IMG/VR virus record: IMGVR_UViG_3300043610_000044
Location: 4,239-68,238 of that record
DNA from: a virus
Lineage: Duplodnaviria > Caudoviricetes
Reading direction: 5' to 3' (one strand)
Length of the DNA: 64,000 nt
Shown: positions 8,620 through 18,163 of the stretch, in pieces
How positions within the stretch are numbered: position 1 is the stretch's first letter
How the letters are laid out: every line of letters starts with the position of its first letter
Made by a program: the position numbers and the translations under genes
The notes under the pieces: model-generated
Database searches by the model: none
What the model was told of the DNA's origin: nothing
Seen by the model: only the letters and a program-made list of their open reading frames with translations

Positions 8620-10063
8620 CTGGGCGGTCCCGCCGCAGTACTGCTGGATTCCGCCGTATAGGGCCACAAAGGGGGCTATCGCGGCAGATTTCGGCTGCCA
8701 GTTGGGGTTGGCGCCGGATGTTGAGCAGCGGGCGATCCTGGATGCGATTTACGCGGAGAACGAGCCGGGTATTCCGGCGGCGTTCGAGGTGGCGATCATC
8801 GCGCCGCGACAGAACTTGAAGACCGCCGTGTTCATGATCGCCGCGTTGGCGGATCTGTTCGTGTTCGGCGATGAGCTGATCGTGTGGACGGCGCACCTGT
8901 TCAAGACCGCCGTGAAGGCTTTCGAGGGCATGCGGCGGCTGATCGCCCGGAATCCGGAGCTGAAAGCGGAGTGCAGGTGGCCCCCGCGGACCGCGAACGG
9001 CGATGAGGCGATCGAGTTGAGGTCGGGCGCGAAGTTGGAGTTCCATGCCCGGTCGAAGGGCGGGGGCCGCGGGTACGACGGGGTGGACAAGGTCTGTCTC
9101 GACGAGGGCCTGTTCCTGGCGCCGGGTGAGCTGGGTGCGTTGCTGCCGACGCTGGCGACCAGGCCGGCGGCGCAGGTGCGGTACGCGTCGTCGGCCGGGC
9201 TGGCGGATTCGGATCCGCTGCGGGCGGTCCGGGACCGCGGTAGGGCCGGAGATGACCCGGGGTTGGCGTATTTCGAGTGGGGTGCGCCGAAGACGGCCTG
9301 CGAGCAGCCGATGTGCCGGCATGCGCCCGGGGCGCCCGGGTGCGCGCTGGACCGGCGGGATCTGTGGGCGATGGCCAGCCCGGCGGTTGGCCGCCGGATT
9401 TCGATCCGGCGGATCGAGGCGTTCCGCCGGGCGTTGCCGCCGGTGGAGTTCGGGCGCGAGTTCCTGACCTGGTGGGATGAGCCGGCGGGCGCCGGGGCCA
9501 TGTCGTTGGATGACTGGGGCCGATGTACCGACGCGGAGTCGGTGTTGTCGGGGCGCCCGGTGTTCGCGATCGACGTGAGCCCTCGGTCGGCGTCGGCTGC
9601 GGTCGTCGCTGCCGGCTTGAATCAGCACCGCATGCCGTATGCTGAGGTCGCGGAGCACCTGCCCGGCACCGATTGGGTGGTGCCGTGGTGTGTGGAGCGG
9701 AAGCGGCACAATCCGCACGGCTGGGTGATCGACGCGGCGGGACCGGCGGGGGCTCTGAAGCCGGACCTTGAGCGCGCCGGGATCGAGTTGACGGAGATGA
9801 CGTCCCGGGAGCTGGGGCAGGCGTGTGAGGACCTGACGTCGAAGGCGGCTGTCGGCGGGTTCGCGCACCGCGAGGACGACCGGCTGACGAGGGCGATCGA
9901 GGGCGCCGGGCGGGCGGATATCGGTGACGGGCTGTGGAAGTGGTCCCGGAAGCGGTCGGACGCGGATATCTGCCCTCTGGTGGCGTTCACCGAGGGGTTG
10001 TGGGGGCTGAGCAAGTTCCGGGTGGGCGAGTACGACCTGCTGAACAGCGTGCACGTGGGGTAG
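8594..10063 (+). CDS. terL: Terminase large subunit
   Basis: Walker A APRQNLKT, Walker B VCLDEG, motif III YASSAG, RNase H-like FAIDVS and C-terminal DICPLVA. Confidence 0.93.
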   Translation: MMPTGAAPDWAVPPQYCWIPPYRATKGAIAADFGCQLGLAPDVEQRAILDAIYAENEPGIPAAFEVAIIAPRQNLKTAVFMIAALADLFVFGDELIVWTAHLFKTAVKAFEGMRRLIARNPELKAECRWPPRTANGDEAIELRSGAKLEFHARSKGGGRGYDGVDKVCLDEGLFLAPGELGALLPTLATRPAAQVRYASSAGLADSDPLRAVRDRGRAGDDPGLAYFEWGAPKTACEQPMCRHAPGAPGCALDRRDLWAMASPAVGRRISIRRIEAFRRALPPVEFGREFLTWWDEPAGAGAMSLDDWGRCTDAESVLSGRPVFAIDVSPRSASAAVVAAGLNQHRMPYAEVAEHLPGTDWVVPWCVERKRHNPHGWVIDAAGPAGALKPDLERAGIELTEMTSRELGQACEDLTSKAAVGGFAHREDDRLTRAIEGAGRADIGDGLWKWSRKRSDADICPLVAFTEGLWGLSKFRVGEYDLLNSVHVG

Positions 10064-10082
10064 GTCGGGTAGTCTCGGGTGC

Positions 10083-10199
10083 ATGGGTGACATCGGGCCG
10101 GTCCGGCGGCGCGTGGATCTCGAACCGCTGGAAGTGCCGGTCGAGGCGCCGGTGGTTGAGCCGACGCCCGAGCCGGTGAAGGTTCCGGTTCCGGGCTGA
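10083..10199 (+). CDS. 38-aa Pro/Glu/Val-rich peptide, probably leaderless
   Basis: MGDIGPVRRRVDLEPLEVPVEAP...; TAGTCT 7 nt before ATG; TGATG coupling to next gene. Confidence 0.55.
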   Translation: MGDIGPVRRRVDLEPLEVPVEAPVVEPTPEPVKVPVPG

Positions 10200-10831
10200 T
10201 GGTCCGACTGCCACGGCGGGCCGTGCCGACTCCCCTAGCGTCGCCTACGTGGTCTCAGCGGGATTTCGGGGATAAGGGCGACTTCCCGCTGGCTCTCGGC
10301 GCGGTGTACGGCGTCCGATGGTGGTCTCTGGACCGTTCGGGGCTGCTCAAGGGCATCTACGCGACGTGGCAGCCCGAGGTCAACGTAGCTGGGTGCGTAA
10401 AGCCGCAGGAACGGAGCCCGACGGGGGTCGCGTTCCGCGCATGGGCCAAGGGGGCTGGACCGGCGGTTCTGCCGGACGAGTTGGCTGTGAACGAGCCGGA
10501 GCTGTCGGGGCATGAGGCTCCGCAGGAGAATTGCGCCTGCGGGTTCTACGCCTTCTGGGAGCCGGAGCCGGCGCCGGTGAGGGCTCAGTTCCCGGTGGCA
10601 GGGGTCATCGAGGGCACCGGGCGGACGTTGATCGGCTCCCGCGGGTTCCGCTGCGGCAAGGCCCGGGTCCTGGCCCTGCACATCCCGATGGCCGACAACG
10701 CGGACGCCGAAGCATTGAGCCTGGTCGCCGAGGCCGAGTCCATCCTCAGCGACCGGTATGTCGTGCCCGTCTATGCGACCATGCGGCTGATGCTGCTGCG
10801 ACACCCGCCCACGGTGGACTACACCGGCTAG
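10199..10831 (+). CDS. Hypothetical protein with H..C.CGFYA motif inserted between terL and portal
   Basis: GHEAPQENCACGFYAFW and VAGVIEGTGRTLIGSRGFRC motifs. Confidence 0.7.
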   Translation: MVRLPRRAVPTPLASPTWSQRDFGDKGDFPLALGAVYGVRWWSLDRSGLLKGIYATWQPEVNVAGCVKPQERSPTGVAFRAWAKGAGPAVLPDELAVNEPELSGHEAPQENCACGFYAFWEPEPAPVRAQFPVAGVIEGTGRTLIGSRGFRCGKARVLALHIPMADNADAEALSLVAEAESILSDRYVVPVYATMRLMLLRHPPTVDYTG

Positions 10832-10847
10832 CCGACCTGGGGGGTTG

Positions 10848-12059
10848 ATGCGTAATCCCTTCAGGAGGCGGGTCGAGGAGCGGGCGATCACGTCCGTGCC
10901 GTGGGACACCGGCGGCGCCCTCGGTTCGGCGACGGTCAACGAGGAACGGGCGCTGTCGCTGGCGCCGGTGTACTCGGCGACGTCCCTGATCGCGGCTGCG
11001 GTTTCGACGTTGCCGGTCAGCGCGTACCGGATGGTCGGGGTCGATCCGCGGCCGGTGGTGAAGCTCCCCGACCTGTTCGCGTTGCTCCGCGACGACGGGA
11101 CGCTGATCCCGTGGCTGCACCGGTGCATGACGTCGTTGCTGCTCCGCGGCAACGCCTACGGGCTGGTCACTGCCCGGGACCCGATGGGGTACCCGACGGG
11201 CATCGAGTGGCAGCACCCGGATGTCATGTCGGTGGTCGATCAGATGCCGGCCGGTCCGGGATCGTTCCGGCTGCCGAGGTGGTACTGGCGTGGCCGGCAC
11301 CTGCCCACCGAGGATCTGGTGCATATCCCGTGGTTCACGCTGCCGGGGAAGGTGCAGGGCCTGTCGCCGATCGGCGCGTTCGCGGCGACGGTCAATGGTG
11401 GCCTGTTCGTCCAGGAGTACGGCAACACCTGGTTCGAGCACGGCGGGTTCCCCCCGGGGACGTTCAAGAACGCCAATCAGGAGGTTGACCAGAAGGAAGC
11501 GGAGGCGATGGGTGCCCGGCTGGACCGGGCGATTCGCCGCCGCCGGCCGCTGGTGTACGGCAAGGACTGGGACTACAAGCCGATCAGTGTGCCGCCGAAC
11601 GAGGCGCAGTTCATCGAGGCCGCGAATCTGTCGGCGAACCAGATCGCGGCTATCTACCATCTGCCGGCGGAGAAGGTCGGCGGGCAGCCGCCCGGCGGGC
11701 TGCATTACACCACGGCAGAGATGGATCAGATCGACGTGGCGATGTTCGGTGTCCGGCCGTGGGTTGAGGTGCTGGAAGGCGCATTCTATGCCCTGCTGCC
11801 CGGGCAGCAGTATGTGAAGCTGGACCTGGACGCATTGGTGCGTGCAGATCTGAAGACGCAGCACGAGGTGTACCAGATCGACATTGCGGCGGGGATCAGG
11901 ACTGTCGATGAGGTCCGGGCGAGGATGGACCTGCCCCCGCGGCCCGTTCCGCCGCCGCCACCGGCGCCCGCCGCACCGGCAGGTCAGCCGGCGCCTGCGT
12001 CCGCCGCGAACGGCGCGAAGCCCCCCTTGCAGGCGGTCAACGGCTCCCAGGGAGCGTGA
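10848..12059 (+). CDS. Portal protein, HK97 family
   Basis: LLLRGNAYG, EDLVHIPW, GLSPIG, AAIYHLP..VG, YVKLDLDALVRAD, TVDEVRARMDLPP. Confidence 0.93.
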   Translation: MRNPFRRRVEERAITSVPWDTGGALGSATVNEERALSLAPVYSATSLIAAAVSTLPVSAYRMVGVDPRPVVKLPDLFALLRDDGTLIPWLHRCMTSLLLRGNAYGLVTARDPMGYPTGIEWQHPDVMSVVDQMPAGPGSFRLPRWYWRGRHLPTEDLVHIPWFTLPGKVQGLSPIGAFAATVNGGLFVQEYGNTWFEHGGFPPGTFKNANQEVDQKEAEAMGARLDRAIRRRRPLVYGKDWDYKPISVPPNEAQFIEAANLSANQIAAIYHLPAEKVGGQPPGGLHYTTAEMDQIDVAMFGVRPWVEVLEGAFYALLPGQQYVKLDLDALVRADLKTQHEVYQIDIAAGIRTVDEVRARMDLPPRPVPPPPPAPAAPAGQPAPASAANGAKPPLQAVNGSQGA

Positions 12060-12775
12060 TCGTGGCCGAATTGGTGAATGAATGGAGAAATGACATGGCG
12101 GCGGTGGTCGAGCGGCGTTTCACCGCCGTGACGGTGGAGGTGCGCGCCTCCGACGGGCAGCCGAGGATCGGCGGGTACGCGGCGAAGTTCAACCTGTACT
12201 CGCGGAACCTTGGCGGGTTCGTTGAGGTGATCGAGTCGTCGTTCTTCAACAAGTCCCGCGGCGACGGGTGGCCGGACGTGATCGCCCGGTACAACCACGA
12301 CGACAACATGTTGCTGGGCACCACCGGCGGCCGGACGCTGGCCCTGTCGATCGACGAGACGGGGTTGCTGTATGAGGTGACACCACCGCAGGCCCGGGGT
12401 GACATCGTGGAGTTGGTGGCCCGCGGCGACGTGCGGAAGTCGTCGTTCGCGTTCCGCCTGCCGGCTTCCGGCGATGAGTGGACGATGACCGACCAGGGGT
12501 TCCCGCTGCGGAAGCTTGTCACCGGCGCGTTGGTCGATGTGGCGCCGGTGAACATGCCCGCGTACGAGGACACCACCGCCGGCCTGCGGTCCCTCGCCGA
12601 GCACGTCCACGCCGACATTGATGAGGTCCGGAAGCTTGCCGAGGTGGGCGAGCTGCGGAAGTTCTTCAAGCGCACCGACAAGGGCGGCAAGCCGATCGTG
12701 CCGCCGAGGCCGCGGCTGCTCGGCGCTGCGGCGAAGTTGCAGCTCCTGGCCCGCACGCAGGACCCCGAGGCGTAA
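12056..12775 (+). CDS. HK97-family prohead protease (likely start 12095)
   Basis: IGGYAAKFN, ARYNHD (His), SSFAF (Ser), DVAPVNMPAYEDT. Confidence 0.92.
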   Translation: MIVAELVNEWRNDMAAVVERRFTAVTVEVRASDGQPRIGGYAAKFNLYSRNLGGFVEVIESSFFNKSRGDGWPDVIARYNHDDNMLLGTTGGRTLALSIDETGLLYEVTPPQARGDIVELVARGDVRKSSFAFRLPASGDEWTMTDQGFPLRKLVTGALVDVAPVNMPAYEDTTAGLRSLAEHVHADIDEVRKLAEVGELRKFFKRTDKGGKPIVPPRPRLLGAAAKLQLLARTQDPEA

Positions 12776-12940
12776 GACCGCAAGCCCGGATCCCACCGGG
12801 ACGGCAGGCCGACAGCCACCGTCGCCGGATCCGACCCGCCGTGGGCGGGAACCCGCAGTCCGCCGGTAAGTGGACATGGGGCAGCCAGCACGCACCCCGC
12901 AGCCAACCAAACCAACCCCCCAAGGAAGGGGGATCTCGCC

Positions 12941-14203
12941 ATGAGCGAGGTCGCAAAGAAGCTGCGGGACAGGCGGTTGAACGTCTGGAACCAAGCGATG
13001 GAGGTCGTGGACAGGGCCGCGGAGGAGAACCGCGAGCTGTCCCCGGAGGAGCAGGGCACCTATGAGGCGCTGAACGGGGAGATCGACAACCTCGACAAGC
13101 GAATCAAGGGTGTCCTGGAGCAGGAGAAGCGGTCGAAGGACGCCGACGCGCAGTTCGAGACGCTGGTCGGGAAGCCGGTCGAGCGCGGGCAGCAGCAGCA
13201 GACGCCGGCGTCGGCGGAACTGCGTGCGTTCATGCGCGGCGACGCCGGCGCGCCGAAGGTGTTCGCGGTCCGCCCCGACGGCCCGCTGCCGATCGACCTG
13301 CGGACTCTGTCGAAGCTGACCACCGGCGCGGGCGGCAACACCGTGCCGACGTCGTTCTACGACCGGCTGATGGCGCACCTGATCGAGGTGTCCGCCATCT
13401 TGCAGGCCGGCGCGACGGTCCTGAACACCAACAGCGGTGAGACGATCCAGGTCCCGAAGACCACCGCGCATTCCACGGCGCTACTCACCGCTGAGGCCGG
13501 CACCCTGTCCGCGTCCGACCCGACGTTCGGGCAGGCGTCGCTGGGCGCCTACAAGTACGGCGTGATCATGCAGGTATCCCGGGAGCTGGTGGACGACACC
13601 GGCGTGGACCTCGAGGGGTACCTGGCGATGCAGGCCGGGCGGGCGCTGGGTAACGCGCTCGGCGCCGACCTGGTCACCGGCAGCGGCTCATCCAAGCCGA
13701 CCGGCCTGCTGAACAACACCACGCTGGGTGTCACCGGTCCGTCCGGTGTCTCCGGCGGACTCGGCGCCACCTCGGGCACCCTGAACCAGGGCGCGGACCT
13801 GCTCTACGACCTGTTCTACTCGGTGATCGCGCCGTACCGGGCGTCGTCGGCGTGTTCGTGGCTGGTCCGGGACGCGACGATGGCGATCATCCGGAAGGTC
13901 AAGGACACGACGGGGCAGTACCTGTTCCAGCCGTCGCTGATCGCCGGCACCCCGGACATCCTGATGGGTAAGCCGATCCTCACCGACCCGTTCATGCCGG
14001 CGGTGGCGACCGGCGCGAAGTCGATCGCGTTCGGTGACCTGTCGCAGTACTTCGTCAGGCTGGCCGGCGGTGTCCGGTTCGAGCGGTCGGATGACTTCGC
14101 GTTCGGCACGGACCTGATCTCGTTCCGCGCCCTGGTCCGAGGTGACGGGATTCTCGTGGATCAGACCGGCGCGGTCAAACATTACGCCGGAAACGCGGCC
14201 TAA
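12941..14203 (+). CDS. Major capsid protein, HK97 fold with N-terminal delta domain
   Basis: Coiled-coil N-terminus, GGNTVPTSF, AYKYG...VSRELVDD, KDTTGQYLFQPS, ILMGKPI, FGDLSQY; strong SD GGAAGGGG. Confidence 0.95.
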   Translation: MSEVAKKLRDRRLNVWNQAMEVVDRAAEENRELSPEEQGTYEALNGEIDNLDKRIKGVLEQEKRSKDADAQFETLVGKPVERGQQQQTPASAELRAFMRGDAGAPKVFAVRPDGPLPIDLRTLSKLTTGAGGNTVPTSFYDRLMAHLIEVSAILQAGATVLNTNSGETIQVPKTTAHSTALLTAEAGTLSASDPTFGQASLGAYKYGVIMQVSRELVDDTGVDLEGYLAMQAGRALGNALGADLVTGSGSSKPTGLLNNTTLGVTGPSGVSGGLGATSGTLNQGADLLYDLFYSVIAPYRASSACSWLVRDATMAIIRKVKDTTGQYLFQPSLIAGTPDILMGKPILTDPFMPAVATGAKSIAFGDLSQYFVRLAGGVRFERSDDFAFGTDLISFRALVRGDGILVDQTGAVKHYAGNAA

Positions 14204-14231
14204 TGTCTGGCCGCGGCGCATAACGCAGAGC

Positions 14232-14300
14232 CATTCCGGGGTGGGGTGCCGCCGAGATCGGTGCCCCACTCCGGAATGCCCCACCCACCTATCTCGGAGG
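14232..14300 (+). promoter_or_regulatory. 20-bp RNA hairpin whose loop is complementary to the downstream SD region
   Basis: Arms 14232-14251 and 14259-14278 fully paired with 3 G-U; loop CCGAGAT complements ATCTCGG (14291-14297), which overlaps GGAGG. Confidence 0.6.
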
Positions 14301-14307
14301 TGCGCAA

Positions 14308-14841
14308 GTGATCAGTCTTCCGTGGCGTGACGTGGCGCCCGGCCCAGGCCCGGCGATCAGCACGTCGCTGACCGCCGCCGAGACGGACCGGCTCCGCGAC
14401 CTCGCCGCGAAAGAAGCGGTCGTGCTCGAGGTCGGGTCCGCCTACGGGTATTCAACGGTGGCGATGGCGCTGGCCGGCGCGACGGTGACCGCGGTGGATC
14501 CGCATGTGGCGATGGGTTCGCGTGGGGTCTACGAGGCGAATCTCGGGTTTTACGGGATCGCCGGACAGGTCGAGACGGTGGCGGAGTATTCCCAGGATGC
14601 TCTGCCGCGGCTGTTCGAGGATGGCCGCCGGTTCGACGTGGCGTTCGTGGACGGTGACCACCGCAGGTCTGCGGTCGCGCATGACGTGGAGTGGGCGCTG
14701 CGGCTTCTCGTTCCCGGTGGGGTGTTGGCGTGCCACGACTACGGGGAGATGACCTGTCCGGACGTCGCCGAGGTGCTCGACGATCTGTTCCCGAACGGCC
14801 CGTCGGAGCTGGTGGACACGCTGTTCGTGGTCCGCACATGA
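14308..14841 (+). CDS. Class I SAM-dependent methyltransferase (Methyltransf_24-like, probable sugar O-methyltransferase)
   Basis: VLEVGSAYGYST, AVDPH, FDVAFVDGDH, GGVLACHDY. Confidence 0.85.
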   Translation: MISLPWRDVAPGPGPAISTSLTAAETDRLRDLAAKEAVVLEVGSAYGYSTVAMALAGATVTAVDPHVAMGSRGVYEANLGFYGIAGQVETVAEYSQDALPRLFEDGRRFDVAFVDGDHRRSAVAHDVEWALRLLVPGGVLACHDYGEMTCPDVAEVLDDLFPNGPSELVDTLFVVRT

Positions 14842-15665
14842 GGGTGCTGGTGACCGGCTCGGCCGGGTTCATCGGCCGCCGGGTGTGCGCCGAGCTGCAG
14901 ACCCGGGGTGTTGGGCCGGTGCCGTTCGACCGGCCCGGGTCGGACGTGCTGAACCTGGCGCATGTCGGCGCAGCGGTACGCGACTGCGACGGCGTGATCA
15001 ACCTGGCGGGTGTGCTAGGCACCGCTGAGACGTTCGGTGCGGACCGGGCCGCGGTCGGGACCAACATCGTCGGCGCGCTGAATGTGTTCGACGCGGCGCT
15101 GGCCGAGGGCGTGCCGGTGGTGCAGATCGGCACCGGGCACAAGGGCCAGCCGAACCCGTACGCCATCACCAAAGGCTGCGCCGAGGATCTGGCGTTGGCC
15201 CGCTGGGCGCAAGGCCAGCCGATCGCGGTCGTCCGTGCCTATCACGCCTACGGCCCCGGGCAGAAGACGTGTCCGCCGCACGGTTCGGGGAAGGTCCGCA
15301 AGATCGTCCCGTCGTTCGTCTGTCGGGCGCTGACGGGGATGCCGCTGGAGGTCTACGGCTCCGGTGAGCAGCAGATCGACCTGGTGTACGTGGACGACGT
15401 GGCCCGGGTGTTGGCCCATGCGGTCCATGGCCCGTACGGCGCGGTGATCGAGGCCGGGACGGGGAAGCCCACGCCTGTGCTAGAGGCTGCCCGTGCGATC
15501 GTCGAAGCATGCGGGTCGAAGTCCCCGGTCGTGCACCTGCCGATGCGTGAGGGTGAGCCGGAGGTATCCCGAGTTGTCTCGGCTAGCAGGGCATGCCCGA
15601 ACCCGTGGCCGTACCGGCTCGAGGAGACCATCGACTACTACCGGACGCTGCTGGGGCTGCCATGA
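14838..15665 (+). CDS. NAD-dependent nucleotide-sugar epimerase/dehydratase (extended SDR)
   Basis: VLVTGSAGFIG, INLAG, NPYAITK (YxxxK), YGPG, DLVYVDDVA. Confidence 0.9.
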   Translation: MRVLVTGSAGFIGRRVCAELQTRGVGPVPFDRPGSDVLNLAHVGAAVRDCDGVINLAGVLGTAETFGADRAAVGTNIVGALNVFDAALAEGVPVVQIGTGHKGQPNPYAITKGCAEDLALARWAQGQPIAVVRAYHAYGPGQKTCPPHGSGKVRKIVPSFVCRALTGMPLEVYGSGEQQIDLVYVDDVARVLAHAVHGPYGAVIEAGTGKPTPVLEAARAIVEACGSKSPVVHLPMREGEPEVSRVVSASRACPNPWPYRLEETIDYYRTLLGLP

Positions 15666-16306
15666 CCCGCGTCGCGGTGGTCTCGGCGGTCTATGGCGGT
15701 TACGACGAGCCGTTCCCGCCGCCGCCGCAGGACATGCCCTGCGACTGGGTCCTGGTGTCGGACCGGGACTACGACGTGTGGCCGTGGAAGGTCGTCGTCG
15801 AACCCCGTCCGCAGTTGCATCCGCGGCTGGCGGCGAAGGTCCCGAAGGCCCGCCCGGAGTGGTATGCCAACGCCGACGTGTACGTGTGGATCGACGGGAA
15901 CCTGAGCATCGACGCCCCCGACTTCGTATCGTGGTGCGTCGGGGCGCTCGGCGGGTCGCCGCTGGCGCAGCACCACAGCCAGGAACGGACCAGCATGATC
16001 GCGGAGGCGCACACCGCCGCCGGGATGGAGAAGTACTCCGGGCTGCCCGTCGTCGCGCAGGCCGAGCACTACATAGCCGCCGGCTACCCGGAGAACTGGG
16101 GGCTGTGGTGGACCGGGCTCATGGTCCGTTCTGCCGGCTGCCCGAACTTCGGCGACGCGTGGCTGGCGGAGATGGTCCGCTGGACGTATGAGGACCAGAT
16201 CTCGCAGCCGTACGTCCTCCGCGGCGCCGGGCTGCGGCCGGTTGACCTGCCGATCGACTGGTCCGCGAAGCGGTTCAGCCTGCGCGGCCATCGGGACGCG
16301 CGGTGA
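15662..16306 (+). CDS. Glycosyltransferase-like protein (DUF616/TOD1-MUCI70-like)
   Basis: VVSAVYGGYD, PRLAAKVPK, YVWIDGN, EDQISQPY. Confidence 0.7.
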   Translation: MTRVAVVSAVYGGYDEPFPPPPQDMPCDWVLVSDRDYDVWPWKVVVEPRPQLHPRLAAKVPKARPEWYANADVYVWIDGNLSIDAPDFVSWCVGALGGSPLAQHHSQERTSMIAEAHTAAGMEKYSGLPVVAQAEHYIAAGYPENWGLWWTGLMVRSAGCPNFGDAWLAEMVRWTYEDQISQPYVLRGAGLRPVDLPIDWSAKRFSLRGHRDAR

Positions 16307-16887
16307 TCTCCGTCGTCACCCCGACGTGGCGCCGGTTCGAGCTGCTGACCCGCCGCTGCATCCCCTCGGTGGCTGCGCAGACCTACCCGGGGGGATTTGA
16401 GCACGTCGTCGTCTCCGACGGCCCCGATGAGGAGCTGCGGGCCGTGCTTGCCGACGTGCCCGGGGTCCGGTACGACGAACTCGCCGAGCACAGCCCCGTC
16501 GGGCAGTGGGGCGAGTTCCCGCGGCTGGCCGGCATCGAGGTCGCGAAGGGCGACGTGATCGCCTACCTGGACGACGACAACGCGTTCCGGCCGCGGCACC
16601 TCGAAGTCCTCGCCGAGGCGTTGGGGTCCTCCGGGGCGGGGTTCGCGTACGGGCAGATGGCGGTCAACTTCTCCTCGGGCTCGCAGGCGGTCATTGGCGG
16701 CGACACGCCGGCGTACTGCCACATCGACACCTCGATGATCGTCCACCGGCGGGAGCTGCTGGACGTGGCGACGTGGCGTGTCGGGTATCCGACGATCGAC
16801 TGGGATCTGGTCGAGCGGTGGATGGCCGCGGGGGTGCGGTGGGTGCACGTACCTGAGGTGACCGTTGACTACTACTCCCGCGTATGA
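16303..16887 (+). CDS. Glycosyltransferase family 2 (GT-A)
   Basis: ISVVTPTW, VVVSDG, GDVIAYLDDDN, DWDL. Confidence 0.88.
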   Translation: MISVVTPTWRRFELLTRRCIPSVAAQTYPGGFEHVVVSDGPDEELRAVLADVPGVRYDELAEHSPVGQWGEFPRLAGIEVAKGDVIAYLDDDNAFRPRHLEVLAEALGSSGAGFAYGQMAVNFSSGSQAVIGGDTPAYCHIDTSMIVHRRELLDVATWRVGYPTIDWDLVERWMAAGVRWVHVPEVTVDYYSRV

Positions 16888-17872
16888 GCCTGTTCGGCGC
16901 GACCCCGTGAAGGTGTGGGGGTTCCACGACGGTCACGCCTGCGGCTGGTATCGGATCCTGCTCCCCTTCGACGCGCTGACCGCCCGGGGTCACGACATGG
17001 GCACGTCGTGGGGCTGGGCCGACGACGCCCGCGACTCCCCGATCGTCGTCGGTCAGCGGGTCTCCAAGACGGAGGCGCTGCCGGTCTGGCGGCGGCTACG
17101 GCCCCGCCACAAGCTCGTGTACGAGACCGACGACGACCTGTGGTCGATCGACCCGAGCAACCTCGGCGCGTACGTCACACACGGCCTGGCCACGCTCGAC
17201 GCGGCAGAGCAGGCCGTGCGGGTGGCGCACATGGTCACCGTGTCCACCGAGCCGCTGGCCGAGGTGCTGCGGAAGCACAACGACAACGTGGTGGTACTGC
17301 CGAACCACATCGACGGCCGGATGTTGGAGTTGGAGCGGCCCCGCCGGGACAAGGTGGTCGTCGGGTGGGCCGGCGGCGACTCGCACCTGCGGGACCTGCT
17401 GATGCTGGCGCCGCACCTGAAACGGTTCCTTCGCCGCAACCCGCACGCGGAGTTCCACAACATCGGCACCGACTTCGCCGGAGTGTTGCGGATCCCGGGC
17501 AGGGTGACGCCGTGGGCGGCGAACATCTGGGACTACTACCGGGCGATCGACTTCGACGTCGGCCTGGCGCCGCTGGTGGACATACCGTTCAACCGGGCGA
17601 AGTCGGCGATCAAGGCGATCGAGTACGGGGCCCTGGGCATTCCGGTGATCGCCTCCGATGTGGAGCCGTACCGGGAGTACGTCCTGGACGGTGTCACCGG
17701 GTACCTGGTCCGTTCCGAGCACGAGTGGGGTAAGCGGCTGTACGAGCTGGCCAACGATGAGGCGATGCGCGCCGAGATGGGTGCGAAGGCGAAGGAACAC
17801 GCGGCGACGATGACAATCCAGCGCGGCTGGCGGCTGTGGCAGTCGGCGTATGAACGGTTGGAGGCAATGTGA
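16865..17872 (+). CDS. GT-B glycosyltransferase (GT4-like; likely start 16907)
   Basis: CGWYRILLP, YETDDD, VTVST..LA, VGWAGG..H, FN..KS.IK.IEYGALGIPVIASD. Confidence 0.85.
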   Translation: MTTTPAYEPVRRDPVKVWGFHDGHACGWYRILLPFDALTARGHDMGTSWGWADDARDSPIVVGQRVSKTEALPVWRRLRPRHKLVYETDDDLWSIDPSNLGAYVTHGLATLDAAEQAVRVAHMVTVSTEPLAEVLRKHNDNVVVLPNHIDGRMLELERPRRDKVVVGWAGGDSHLRDLLMLAPHLKRFLRRNPHAEFHNIGTDFAGVLRIPGRVTPWAANIWDYYRAIDFDVGLAPLVDIPFNRAKSAIKAIEYGALGIPVIASDVEPYREYVLDGVTGYLVRSEHEWGKRLYELANDEAMRAEMGAKAKEHAATMTIQRGWRLWQSAYERLEAM

Positions 17873-18102
17873 AGGTCCGCATGCGGGTGCATGTGTCCGG
17901 GGACCGCAACGGTGCGCCGTGGCCGCCGCCGGGTTCGGTGATGGAGTTGCCGGACGCCGAGGCCGCGGAGTACTGCGCGGCGGGGATGGCGGACCCGGTG
18001 ACGGACTTCAAGGAGTCGGAGAAGACCGTCGTGCCGCCCGCGGAGGAACGCGCGGAGAGAACGGCCGGGCTGACGAAGAAGACCGGCCCACGAGGCGGCT
18101 GA
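17869..18102 (+). CDS. Small head-associated protein
   Basis: MKVRM..VSG.RNG..WPPPG...ELPD.EA type protein usually found just after actinophage capsid genes. Confidence 0.6.
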   Translation: MKVRMRVHVSGDRNGAPWPPPGSVMELPDAEAAEYCAAGMADPVTDFKESEKTVVPPAEERAERTAGLTKKTGPRGG

Positions 18103-18163
18103 GCCGCTGGGCCGATCCCAAGTACACCGATCCGTCACATCAATCCCCTGGAGGGAACCCCTG

